Assembly: GCA_964057225.1 (NCBI GenBank)
Contig: OZ059895.1
Location: 13,268,001 to 13,332,000 of the forward strand
Reading direction: 5' to 3'
DNA from: Auanema rhodensis
Lineage: Eukaryota; Animalia; Nematoda
Length of the DNA stretch: 64,000 nucleotides
Positions 34,669-45,183 of this stretch are shown here, one piece after another. The first letter of the stretch is position 1; each line of letters starts with the position of its first letter. Under the pieces are notes generated by a model, which was given only the letters and a program-made list of their open reading frames with translations, was not told the origin of the DNA and did no database searches. The position numbers were made by a program, and so were the translations under genes.

Positions 34669-35094
34669 CTATATACTTGAAATATCTGGATACCCCTCAC
34701 CATCATCGTCTGACATCTACAACAATACTTACATTCACAGTTAAAATATATAAGCTTACCTCCTCACGTTCGTGGTGGCGGGGGTTCTTTGCCCTGCAGA
34801 ATCTGCAGTTGGGAGGTAACGGCATCCTCGAGAACATGTAGATGAGCTGCTCCCGAGTTGGCTCGACTCCATCCTCCGGATAAAGCTCATCGTCTGTCAT
34901 CTGCAACAATACTGAGATAAAATAAAATAAACAAATAAATAAATAAATTAAATTAAATTAAAAAAAAATAATAAGCTTACCGGGCCCTCCCGTATGCGAT
35001 GAGTATCTTGCGCCTTGCATCGTTCGCATAGTTCATATGGACCGAGCTCGTCTTCTCCAATCTCCTCTTCAACCTGATACTGTAATTGTGACAT
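34669..35094 (-). CDS. Predicted 3-exon antisense accessory gene of the BEL element (exons 35094-34981, 34900-34760, 34716-34669; 100 aa, acidic, two CxxC-H modules)
   Basis: Each exon is preceded by TTGTTG(C/T)AG and starts with ATG; exons 1 and 2 end at GTAAGCTT donors; exons are 114, 141 and 48 nt (all phase 0); introns 80 and 43 nt. Confidence 0.65.
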
Positions 35095-35541
35095 CTGCAA
35101 CAATTACAACTATAAAAATAAAAAAAAAAAAAATAAAAAATAAAAAATAAAAATAAAGTCAAGAGGGAAGTACAAAAACTTCACGAATACAATAAAAATT
35201 AAATTACTAATCACACGTAGTACAATAGTAAAAAATATAAACAAAGCAAAAATAGGTCATAAAATAATATAAACAAAAGAAAATCACTACATATAGAAAC
35301 AAATGCAACAGTTATAAACAAACAAATCTTTTTATCAAGATCTTCAATCTTTGATAACATCAAGTTTATTTATCCGAATAATATACATAAAAAGTAATCC
35401 TTTGTACAGGCTTTTTTATACATTGTATCCGTAAACACATACTATTCTACAATAAACTAAGGGACGTTTATCATAGGTCAACCCACAGATGCGAACAAAT
35501 ATATAAAGAGGGAAACCATTGTTTTTCTCAATTCAGTGCTA

Positions 35542-36003
35542 ATGGATGAAATAACGTCCAATTTAAGTGAGAACACTTCCTTTGAGGAAGATCTCAAAAA
35601 TTATTCTCATCTACCCAACACCACTGCCAACCTAAGGCAGCTAATGGTTCTAGAGAAGAGGTTTTATGATAACCTCGCCAGCGCTGTCAACCACATTTCC
35701 GCGCGCCTGGATAACATCAACAACACACTGAATCTAAAGCTCGATAATTTAGCTGTTCAGACGGCTCCTAAAGCCTCCTGCATATTCTGCAACAAGCCTA
35801 CAGCTGATGGCCATCGTACAGCTGCTTGTCCGATTTACCCCTCGTCCCCAGAGCGTACCATACGCTTACACGAATTGGGACTATGCATAAAATGTTTGAA
35901 CCCAAAACATTCAGCAATGTGCGAAGTATCCTGCTATAAGTGCAAGGCCGATACTCACCATGGGGTGGTCTGTGGTGACGTCAAACGCAAAAGATATACA
36001 TAA
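35542..36003 (+). CDS. BEL accessory protein: coiled-coil plus triple zinc knuckle (Gag nucleocapsid-like)
   Basis: CIFC...H....C, CIKC....H....C, CYKC....HH...C mirror the Gag knuckles; upstream TATAAAG (~35503) and TTTTTCTCAATTCAG acceptor. Confidence 0.75.
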   Translation: MDEITSNLSENTSFEEDLKNYSHLPNTTANLRQLMVLEKRFYDNLASAVNHISARLDNINNTLNLKLDNLAVQTAPKASCIFCNKPTADGHRTAACPIYPSSPERTIRLHELGLCIKCLNPKHSAMCEVSCYKCKADTHHGVVCGDVKRKRYT

Positions 36004-36012
36004 TGCCGGGAA

Positions 36013-36342
36013 TGTCACGGTCAACGTGAAAATACGAACTTTATTGTGTTAACGTTTTGTTGTATTTTTTGTATTAACTCCACCCCCTTTAACCATCTGG
36101 TGCCTCCCTATAAAAGGGAGAACCAAATGGTTAAAATTTTTATGTCTCACCAATTTTGTTTTGATTTTAGGAATTTCTTGGAAATTCGTAAATCAATCCA
36201 CTTGTTCAATTTACTGTTGTTGCATTTTGTTGAATAAACCTTTCTTCATTTAACTTGTCTTAACGCATAATACCGCACTCATACGAACCGACTCCATACT
36301 TGGACTGATACTTGGAGGTAATAGTCCAGTTGTCAAACGACA
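36013..36342 (+). repeat. BEL 3' LTR
   Basis: Copy of 26131-26460, preceded by GCCGGGAA. Confidence 0.95.
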
Positions 36343-36398
36343 GGGCCCGGTTAGTACTTGGATCGGAGACGGCTTGGGAATCCCGGGTGCCGTAAGCT
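36343..36398 (+). pseudogene. 5S rRNA 3' part (nt 64-119) after the BEL insertion
   Basis: GGGCCCGGTTAGTAC...GTAAGCT resumes the 5S gene. Confidence 0.95.
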
Positions 36399-36723
36399 TT
36401 TCAATTTTTTTTAACGATCATACCACGTTGAAAGTACGCAATGCAGCTGATTTTCAATTTTATCTCTTCCGTAACAAATGTTTTTAATTTTCTAGCAGTT
36501 TTACTTAGATAGCTCAACCCAAGGCATCAAAATATCTTCAATCTTATTTCTATATTACAGTTATAAACCAGTAGTTTATGAACCTTCATCTTAACTTTAC
36601 TGTTTCTATCTATTTCCTATTGAAACAAACATTGTTTTAACACTATACAACTGTGAAACCTTTTTTAATTTATTGTATTTGGAGCTCATAAGATTTGATA
36701 TCATCGAAGAATTTAGATGTAAC

Positions 36724-37136
36724 TGTTCCATACGTGTCCTATAAGTAGAGCGATTGACAACGTCAATCGCTTATAAAACGGAACATTATAAAAACAAATA
36801 GCTGACGCTACATTTGAGAAACAGGAATTCAATGCAATAAAGAACGAACACTTTTTCATATTAAGTTTAATCAAAGAAAGCCCAATTCAAGCGGAACCAA
36901 GTTCCGCGGACCTGATATAACGACTTTTTATGCTCGTAAGGAAAACTATATAAGTTTTCCTTACGAGTCCTTTGGGCTGCGACTAGGAATCATTATGTAA
37001 CTTTTATTATTGTAATTTGTATACTTTATCATGAATAAACCTTTCTCTCTATACTCTTTATCATTTATATTTGGAAGAAAAGAAAGTAATTCCATGTGGT
37101 TACCCAGCCGGAACCCTGGGGAACCACCATGGAACG
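36724..37136 (+). repeat. 5' LTR (413 bp, TGTTCC...GGAACG), copy 1
   Basis: Matches 45184-45590, 46144-46556 (rc), 55090-55502 and 63546-63958. Confidence 0.94.
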
Positions 37137-37155
37137 TGGAGGTTCCGCCGAGATT
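37137..37155 (+). promoter_or_regulatory. Primer-binding site, tRNA-Gln type
   Basis: TGGAGGTTCCGCCGAGATT directly after the LTR; complement of the tRNA-Gln 3' end. Confidence 0.88.
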
Positions 37156-39623
37156 CGTCTATAACCGACGAATCTCTAAGAACCATATTTCGCTACATAA
37201 ATTTAATTTTGTTGTCTTTCATACATCTAATTAAAGAATTATATTTCGATTATGCTATATGAATTTAATTTGAAATCTTTCTCTTCTTTATTTCATTCAT
37301 TCAAAAAAACTTTATTTTGATTTTGATTCATAAATTAATACTGAAATCTTATATACATTTATTTAAAAAGATATATTTTGAAACAACTTAATTTTGAAAT
37401 TTTATATTCATTCATTTAAAAGAAACATTTCGATTTTTATCCATATTCTAAGATCTTTCATTCATTTTTGAGGAAAAACTTTGTTTATAACTATCATAAA
37501 TTAATTTGAAATTCTTTTATATTTATTCATTCAAAGAAAGGTATTTCGATATTTTTTTTTCTGTCAATCTTTTCTTTTTCTGTTTTTTTAATCAAAATCT
37601 ATTCTATCTCTCATAAAATTTTGTTATAAAGTTTCAAACAATTTTTGAATCAAAAATGAATTAATTTCTTTCATGAATCATCAAAAAATTCATTGTTTTA
37701 TATATATTAAAATTCATTAATTTCTATTCTATCCTTTAAAATGTATTACTCATTTATATATATATATATATTTATGTACAAAACTATTCTATACTAGTAC
37801 TATATTCCTACTATATTCCTACTATATTCCTATTTTATTTTTCTTTTATCTTCTTTTAAATTTTATCTTTTTCCCTCTCTTATTACTATTATTTTTTTTC
37901 TTCTTCCTAATATAACCCAGAAAACAGCCAAATAATTTTGAAATTTTTTATCTGAATCCCGAACCTAAGATTTACAATTTTGCATTTTGATCCTAAAAGT
38001 AGCCCGTGAGAAGCAATACCAGACTGTCTCGAGAACTGAGCGGAGGCAACCACTATTTTTGATATAAGACGTACGCATTCCTGATTTTGAAGATCCCTTT
38101 ACAGAATTAGTCGAGAATGAAAGTGTTAGAGTGGTCTCACCATGAAAAATCAGGGGAGCAGAATTTCGTTAAGGGAGCGATTTCTGTAATTTTTCATAGG
38201 CAAGAGAAGTCTGGGAAAGTGAATGTTCGAGGCCTGAGCACCTAATCTTGTCGAAAGACTGAAAGGGAATACTGCTTAGATCACCGTCGTATATTTCACG
38301 CCTATTCGAGAGATGGGAACTTGATCCTAGAAAGGGCGCACCGGTCACAGGCCCGTGTATGTACCCGATTGAGCAATTCTCCGTTAGAAGATTCGCTGCA
38401 GGCTGGCCCCCTAGCAAGCGTCACGCATACAACCCCATATTGCCTCTCACGTTGTATATATATTTTTATAAGTTTCGCATCGTTGGTATAATAATTTCCT
38501 TTCCAGGAAAACCAACAAGATGACGGACTCGAAGAGTAAAAATCCTCCGCAGGATAAAACAAATCCACAGAGCGCAGCCCCCCGGTAATGATACGCACGT
38601 CGAGCCAGTACTCGAGCAGAATCAAAGAAAGAGAGGACCTCCAAATGTTTATGAGCCGGACACGAAGCGCCGACCTACTGCTGCAAAGAAACCACCCGCT
38701 ATACCGGGTACCCCCGCGAAAAAAAATAGGCACAACAGCTATCAAAACTTCTCGCCACGCTATTACTCTTAGTAAAATTAAAACGTCTATTAACAAACAA
38801 ACTCCTAAACGCAATTCTAACGTTATCAAAAGCTCTAGCTATGTTTGCACAAATACTTCCCCTTGTAAAGATTATTCTCAAATATCATTTTCATACCCAA
38901 ATACTGCTATTCTTTCTTCTCCTCTTCCTCGAAATTCACCAAACTATCAGAGAAAATAGAAGAAAACGCAAGAAAAGAATTGTATGAGGAACGGAAGAAG
39001 GAGCCACCCACAATTAAGAAATGGAGTTCAGCACTTAAATTGGCATTGGGATTAGAAGATAATTCTCCTACAACGCCAGCAAAGCCTTATCATGTGCCGA
39101 TAAGGTATCACAGCACCATACCAGTAACAGAGCCGAAGAAGAGAGTTTCGAAGAGTCCGATCCCGGACCCAAACTTCGTGGCACCAACAGTACCAGTCAT
39201 CCATAAGAAAAGACCGTCAACAGTTATTGGGACTACAAGTAAGAAGCTAGAACAATAGTAAAAATCCATAATTTCTATATAAAAATCACAAAAAGTATAA
39301 TACCATTTTCATAATTTTCATCTAAACTTGAACCTATATATGATTTTTTTTTCTCATTTAAGTAAGACATAAAATTCTACACAAATTATTGTACATTTTT
39401 ATTTTTTCACTCTCATAAAAATATTGTATCAATAACCAAAATTTCAAAATAAAATTATACATCATACTTGGAATCTTTCAAAAATCACTGCAAAGTTTTA
39501 ATCAACAATCTTCATCATTTTTTTTCACCTAACTGGTCAAAAAGGAGGCGACAAAAAGGAAGGAACAGACCGACCTAGTTTTAAAAAGGATAAAAAGGAC
39601 AGAAAACAGTAACAAAGATAACA

Positions 39624-40226
39624 ATGTCCACCCAACTCCCTGAAGCCGTCGAAATTCCCCTCATGATGGCCAAAAAGAGATGGCTTTCAATTCAACTATT
39701 AGTAAGAGAATTGAAGCAGCTAGGCGCCAATACCATCGCCAACCGCCCCAGGAAAGAGAAGATCCTGAAAGAGTTAGTTCAAGGACTAACAAGAGCGAAC
39801 ACCAGTACTGAAACGCTCAAAATCCTATGTTACCAATACGACAAGGATCAACTGTCGGAGGTTGACCACTGCATAGGACCATGGACCAACACAGCAGGAG
39901 TCATCCGAGATGCCATTGCTGAACTAAGGGACCAACTAGGTTATTCACCTAGTTGCGATTCACCAGAACAGCAGACACCAAACTGGATTATTGCTGAGAC
40001 CCATTCGGCCTATCAAGAATGGAGCCTGCAACATTGCAGCGAACTGCCATCCACAGAGGCAAGAAAAAGCATTTTAAATGCTCTACAAATATTTCTGGCA
40101 TCACCAGCAACCACCAAGGAAGAAATGGAAAGAAAAACGGATTTATGCAACAAGACTATGGATCTTCTCCACGACCTAGGATCATCACCATTACCAGAGA
40201 TACACCAGTATTATGAAGAATACTAA
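39624..40226 (+). CDS. 200-aa hypothetical, probably helical protein of the non-autonomous element
   Basis: Clean ATG-to-stop ORF, GC-richer than its flanks, open in all three copies; no recognisable domain. Confidence 0.6.
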   Translation: MSTQLPEAVEIPLMMAKKRWLSIQLLVRELKQLGANTIANRPRKEKILKELVQGLTRANTSTETLKILCYQYDKDQLSEVDHCIGPWTNTAGVIRDAIAELRDQLGYSPSCDSPEQQTPNWIIAETHSAYQEWSLQHCSELPSTEARKSILNALQIFLASPATTKEEMERKTDLCNKTMDLLHDLGSSPLPEIHQYYEEY

Positions 40227-40479
40227 AAAGAACTTTTGAAAGATTCCCAGTATGATATATGATATATTATTTTGTAATTACATTGTTTTCCTTTATTTTT
40301 TTCTCATAAAATTGTTCTGTATTATCAGTATTCTTTTATTTTTTTGAAACATTTCATACAACTTTCACATTTGCATGGAATTTCACTTTCTCGATGTAGC
40401 TGAGGTCAGCTACTTTTTCGATATTAGGCATGTTCCATACGTGTCCTATAAGTAGAGCGATTGACAACGTCGATTGCTT
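40222..40479 (+). repeat. Duplicated pre-LTR segment plus first ~49 nt of LTR (upstream flank of the viral insert)
   Basis: Direct repeat of 44977-45232; truncated LTR begins TGTTCCATACG at 40431. Confidence 0.92.
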
Positions 40480-40524
40480 TTCTCCTTCTACTAGATTGAC
40501 ACTTTATTGTGTCACCTGGTAGTT

Positions 40525-43500
40525 ATGGATGACTGCACGGCCGTTTCGTCTAATAACTTAATTGTTATGGACGACACCGGTTACCGATCTGAAAAATTTC
40601 CAACAGATGATAAATGTATGGGAGACTTTCTTTTATCCGTATCAGCGGATAAAAATTTTGATCCCGTCCTTAAAAATGTAATCCTTAACAACCCAAATAG
40701 TAGTGTTGCAGCAGCTGTTAAAGCCAGTGTATTGGACAACCGTATGAAGTGAATTAATTTTGACTCTTCGGGACGAATTTTGATTAGATTACAACAGATT
40801 TTATCTAGTGAACAATTACAAGACATTCAAAAAAATTTTTCTTGTTTTAGAATTGAGACCAGTAACACCGATGGTGGACCTCATTCACTAGCTCGTGCCT
40901 TACGCACTGTAGCTTTTTACTACATAAGATACCAATTCTTTCGCTCTTTGGAAATGTTCAAGACATTAACACCCAGCGGTAAATACCATGTAGTACAAAA
41001 GGATATAGGATCAAATCCCATGCAGTTTGTTAATAGTGGCTTTTACTCCGTTCACTGTTGCTGTCCAGTTGTGAACACGGCTGACGTTTTTAGACGTAAT
41101 AATTACGTAGCTCAAGCAACTATGATTGTGAATAATTCCTTTGATAGCAATAAAGTTTATCATTGTAAAAAAATACTCTCTATGGATTCTAATTATATTT
41201 GTTCTCAACTTTCCCAGTACTGTAAGATAAAAGCCCCTTTTGTATCCTTTTTACATTCTGTTTATGATCTTTCTCCAGCTGACATTGTTCAGACCTTAGA
41301 TAACTGTGAAGCTATTAGGGCCGTCGGAGTTATATTATTCGACCCCGTTGTTTTAATTAAAAAAAATGGTATGTTACCAGATATTGACGCATCTTTTACC
41401 CGCTATAAACAGTTTGGAGTCGAATATATTAGATTCTCATTTGATAACGATGTTCAATTGTGTTACACTCATCGTTGGGACACTTATATTTTTATCATAA
41501 AAGCTTTTGTTCTAACTTCTACCACCTCTTTATATAGTTATGCGGTGGCTGGGCTATTACAATTTAAGAGTCATTTTTTCTTTGACATTGCAAGGATTGA
41601 CACTTCTATTCCCCGTCATATTAGCGGGCGTACTTTTAAATTGAACTCCGACAAAAAATCCTATATTCGTACATACGATTTTGATGAATCTTCATCTTTT
41701 TTTAAAACCAAAAATAAATTGAAATATGCTTATATCTGTGTATCAACTAGCTTGTTTGAAAACATGTTAAAACATGGTATGACCTTGGGTGAGGGTAAAT
41801 TCACCGTCAAAAATATCCTGTCAATGGGTATTTCTCTTGATAGTCGTGTTGTAGTCAATGGACAAACAATCTCCAGTTCTGACGAACGACATTCTGCTGA
41901 TACTCTCCGAATACTGGCTCATACTGTTTATATGCTAATTTATGTCAGCAATTACAGTTCAACTAAGACTATAAAGGAATTGACGGATGACATTTCTATT
42001 TCTAGATCTTTATCCTTATTTCCCCGGTTCACCCGTTTATTCTCCATGATGAAGTATTCCGACAAGACCGAAAACCTATTGTCCGCCATGTCTAAAGCTC
42101 ATGACAATGACCTTACAGTGTCATCAATGTCAGACCAGACTGTTTGCGACGACACATCTCGGATGAAGGGTTGGCGGGATTGTGTACTGGGCGGGACTCT
42201 TTATGATATAAAGATTTTCCGTAATATCGGTTATATTGATATTGACCGACAGGTTTCCCAACTTGTCCATCGCGAAGTACGGAAGACTATTGACCATCCC
42301 CTATATAAATTGTGGTTGCCTAATGACTTCGAATGTTCATCTGGTGAAGATTCTGATGAGTATTTTGATGCAGAAGAGGGTGTTATTGATACTTCGACGT
42401 CTTTTGAACCGGTATCTGTGTCGGTTTCACATTCCTGCCAAAGTAACGTTGAAATTATCCCCACTCCTGGTGACGGCGACTGTCTTTTTCACGCTTTGAG
42501 ACTTACGGGTGCTACTACCGATAGTCCACCATCAATTCGTGATAAACTTAGCCATGCCCCTAACATCGGTGAGAAGACAAAGAATCTTCTGTTAGCCGGT
42601 ATTAACGATCCCTCTAATGTTGATAATTGGGGAACAGATGAGCATATTGAGTTGTTCAGTGGTCTATACCGTGTTAAGATTTGCTTACACGATACTTCCA
42701 CTGGTCAGTTTCGACTTTATACTCCTCGTACGCTAGCATCTGAACAATTATATCACGTTCATTATACGCCTGGTCATTTTTCTGCTTTGAAAGTTTGTCC
42801 GAACCGTTTGATGGTATTAACATCTGACGATGTGTTCGATTGTAACGACGCTCCTTTGATTGATAAATTCAGAGACATTTATGACAAAACTTTTGAGAAT
42901 GTCTCTAATCGTAAACATAAGCTGATTAAAAACATAATGACTCCTACATCTAATATCGGCACTGGAGGATACATTTGTCGCTCGGCCTTAAAACTGTGCG
43001 AATTACACGCCTTTGGGCTGATCGATTTCTGTTATGTCGATATAATCGACTTATGTTCTAGCCCCGGAGGGTTTTCTGAATATTTATTACATAACTCTAA
43101 CAGTTTTATTCATGCTGTGCCTGGACCTAAATCCATGTTAATATTCGATAACCGTTTAACTCCCTATTGTGACCCTGTAACAAGATCGTCAAATTTGCTT
43201 GATGACGATATTCGAAACTCTATGGTTGAATTAATAAAGAAGAACACCAATGACAGACTACTTATTTTAGCTGACGGAGCCATATCTGAAACAGCTGTTA
43301 ATCCTCTTCTTCGTGCTGACAATAACTATGATCTCATTTATGCTGAAATCTCCACCGCATTCGATCTATTGCATGATAACGGCAAATTGGTTATTAAACT
43401 GTTTTACCCTTATGCTATTAGTACTCAGATTTTATTGCGCCGATTACTTTCGAGATTTGCGAAATTAACGGTTCTTTTCTTGTCTACCTCCACACCTATT

Positions 43501-44994
43501 TCTTGTGAATTTTATGTTTTATGTGAGGGGTATACTAAATCCGAAATTGTAAGATCTGATTTTAACTACACCGGGTTTTTCCGCTCCGTTTGTAACAATT
43601 TTGATATAAAAAGATCGGACGGATTAAATACCTATCTTCAATATAGTAAATATTACGACACTCTTGATAAAAAAATCAAGGATATATCCGGTAAGGACTT
43701 CCCTTTCAATCATTGCGATATTGAACTAGAATCCACATTACGCAAGTACCTAAAACCTCAAAAATTTTTGGGTTTATATGGTGGTGGTCTTGTAAGCTCA
43801 AAACCGTCATGTGATCCAGTCTTAGATCCAGATGTGTGCGAAACAGAGGATGTTATCTCTCGTCATCACGAGTTGTCCCCGTATAATTTAATTTGCGTTG
43901 ATCAGGGAATTGCAAAGCCCTTTATTTATTGGTACTTAAAGAAGAGGGTCGAGACACTTGGTGATTCCGATCTTCTACGTGCTGTTGAGACTTCCAACGA
44001 TGATTTTTATCGTCTGCATAAATACTTCGTCGCGAAAAAGTATACCGACATGGTATTATCTCAAGAAGCTATTAGATATTTTGAGAGATTGGTAAATTTC
44101 TCAATTGAATCCCATATTATTCATCCACCGTTGGATCCTGTTTTCTTATCTTTTGACAGACAATTGGGAATGTCTGGAAATTTAGGTGAAAACTTTTATG
44201 GTAACTGGTTGCGGCGTACTCCACTTACAGAATTGGAAGAGACTAAATTTACTGATGTATTACCAGAAATATCGGTTGTTAAACCAATATTTACGTCGAC
44301 ACCAGATGCTACCCAAGACACTACTTTCACCTTTAATGTAAAAAAAACCAAATTTCTCAAATTTTCGTATTTAAATCTATTTGTTGGTGGCGCCTTTTCC
44401 TATTATTGCTTAAATAACCTCTATAAACGTTCGTATTTTATAGATTCGCATCACAACCAATGTGTTAATTCTTTGTATAACTTATTATCAGTTCATAATG
44501 TATATAACAGTCTCCCTAAATCCATTTGTATGTCTAATATTATTTTTAATAATTTATGTAGAAATTCTGTAAAATATGATTTTATATCCTCTACAGTCGC
44601 ACAACAGGTTCACGTTGATTCAAAATTTAATGCCACCGCAATATTTTCGGGCATTGCAGCCCTGTTAAGATTTTTGACTGCCTTTCGAATTGACTCAACT
44701 GAGGAACTTGTTCCTAATGACTACAACGCCGGTAATACCATTAAAGATAAACACCATCCACACACTATGTTCTCAACAACTCTCTTCAACGGTGTTAGAG
44801 AATATATCGCTACCAAATTGCGTAAGTCTAGGGCTAATGAATCTGACACTTCAGAAAATGTGATCGATGATATCCAAAAAACGTCAGCAACTATCCCAAC
44901 TCCGATTTTAAATAATACTACACCCTTTAATGATGCAATTGAAGAGTATGCCGAATATTTGACATTATATTCTAAGACTAAAAAGGACTTTTGA
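40525..44994 (+). pseudogene. Endogenous viral element: 5' part of a nege/kita/virga-like (Martellivirales) replicase (capping MTase/GTase, OTU protease, FtsJ 2'-O-MTase); in-frame TGA at 40750; truncated before helicase/RdRp; copy 1
   Basis: PHSLARALR, KDIGSN, VHCCCP...DVFRR, LHSVYD, FSF...YTH match the tobamovirus-like MTase; PGDGDCLFHAL...WG...GHFSAL is an OTU motif set; RSALKL, DLCSSPGGF, LADG, VIKLF, SCEFY give the K-D-K-E FtsJ tetrad. ORFs 40507-40752 and 40780-44994 are in the same frame. Confidence 0.93.
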
Positions 44995-45183
44995 AAGATT
45001 CCCAGTATGATATATGATATACTATTTTGTAATTACATTGTTTTCCTTCATTTTTTCTCATAAAATTGTTCTGTATTATCAGTATTCTTTTATTTTTTGA
45101 AACATTTCATACAACTTTCATATTAGCATGGAATTTCACTTTCTCGATGTAGCTGAGGTCAGCTACTTTTTCGATAGTAGGCA

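Larger units (their letters stand above)
26131..36342 (+). mobile_element. Full-length BEL/Pao (Belpaoviridae) LTR retrotransposon with phlebovirus Gc-like env
   Basis: Matching 330-bp TG...CA LTRs, 5-bp TSD GGGCC (26126-26130 / 36343-36347), BEL-type Gag-Pol motifs. Confidence 0.96.

Noticed and set aside
34560-34670. Poly(A) tracts as retroposed mRNA or LINE tails
   Set aside because: No TSD or upstream element; better explained as low-complexity UTR between env and the convergent antisense gene.
38169-38881. Minus-strand ORFs (82, 175, 65, 60 aa) in the non-autonomous element
   Set aside because: Overlapping shadow frames with no motifs; their repetition only reflects recent copying.
40780-44994. 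Host cap 2'-O-methyltransferase (CMTR) or OTU gene, or an intact 1404-aa gene
   Set aside because: Intronless and fused to an alphavirus-superfamily MTase; starts at TTG just after an in-frame stop; the stop codon comes from retroelement sequence.
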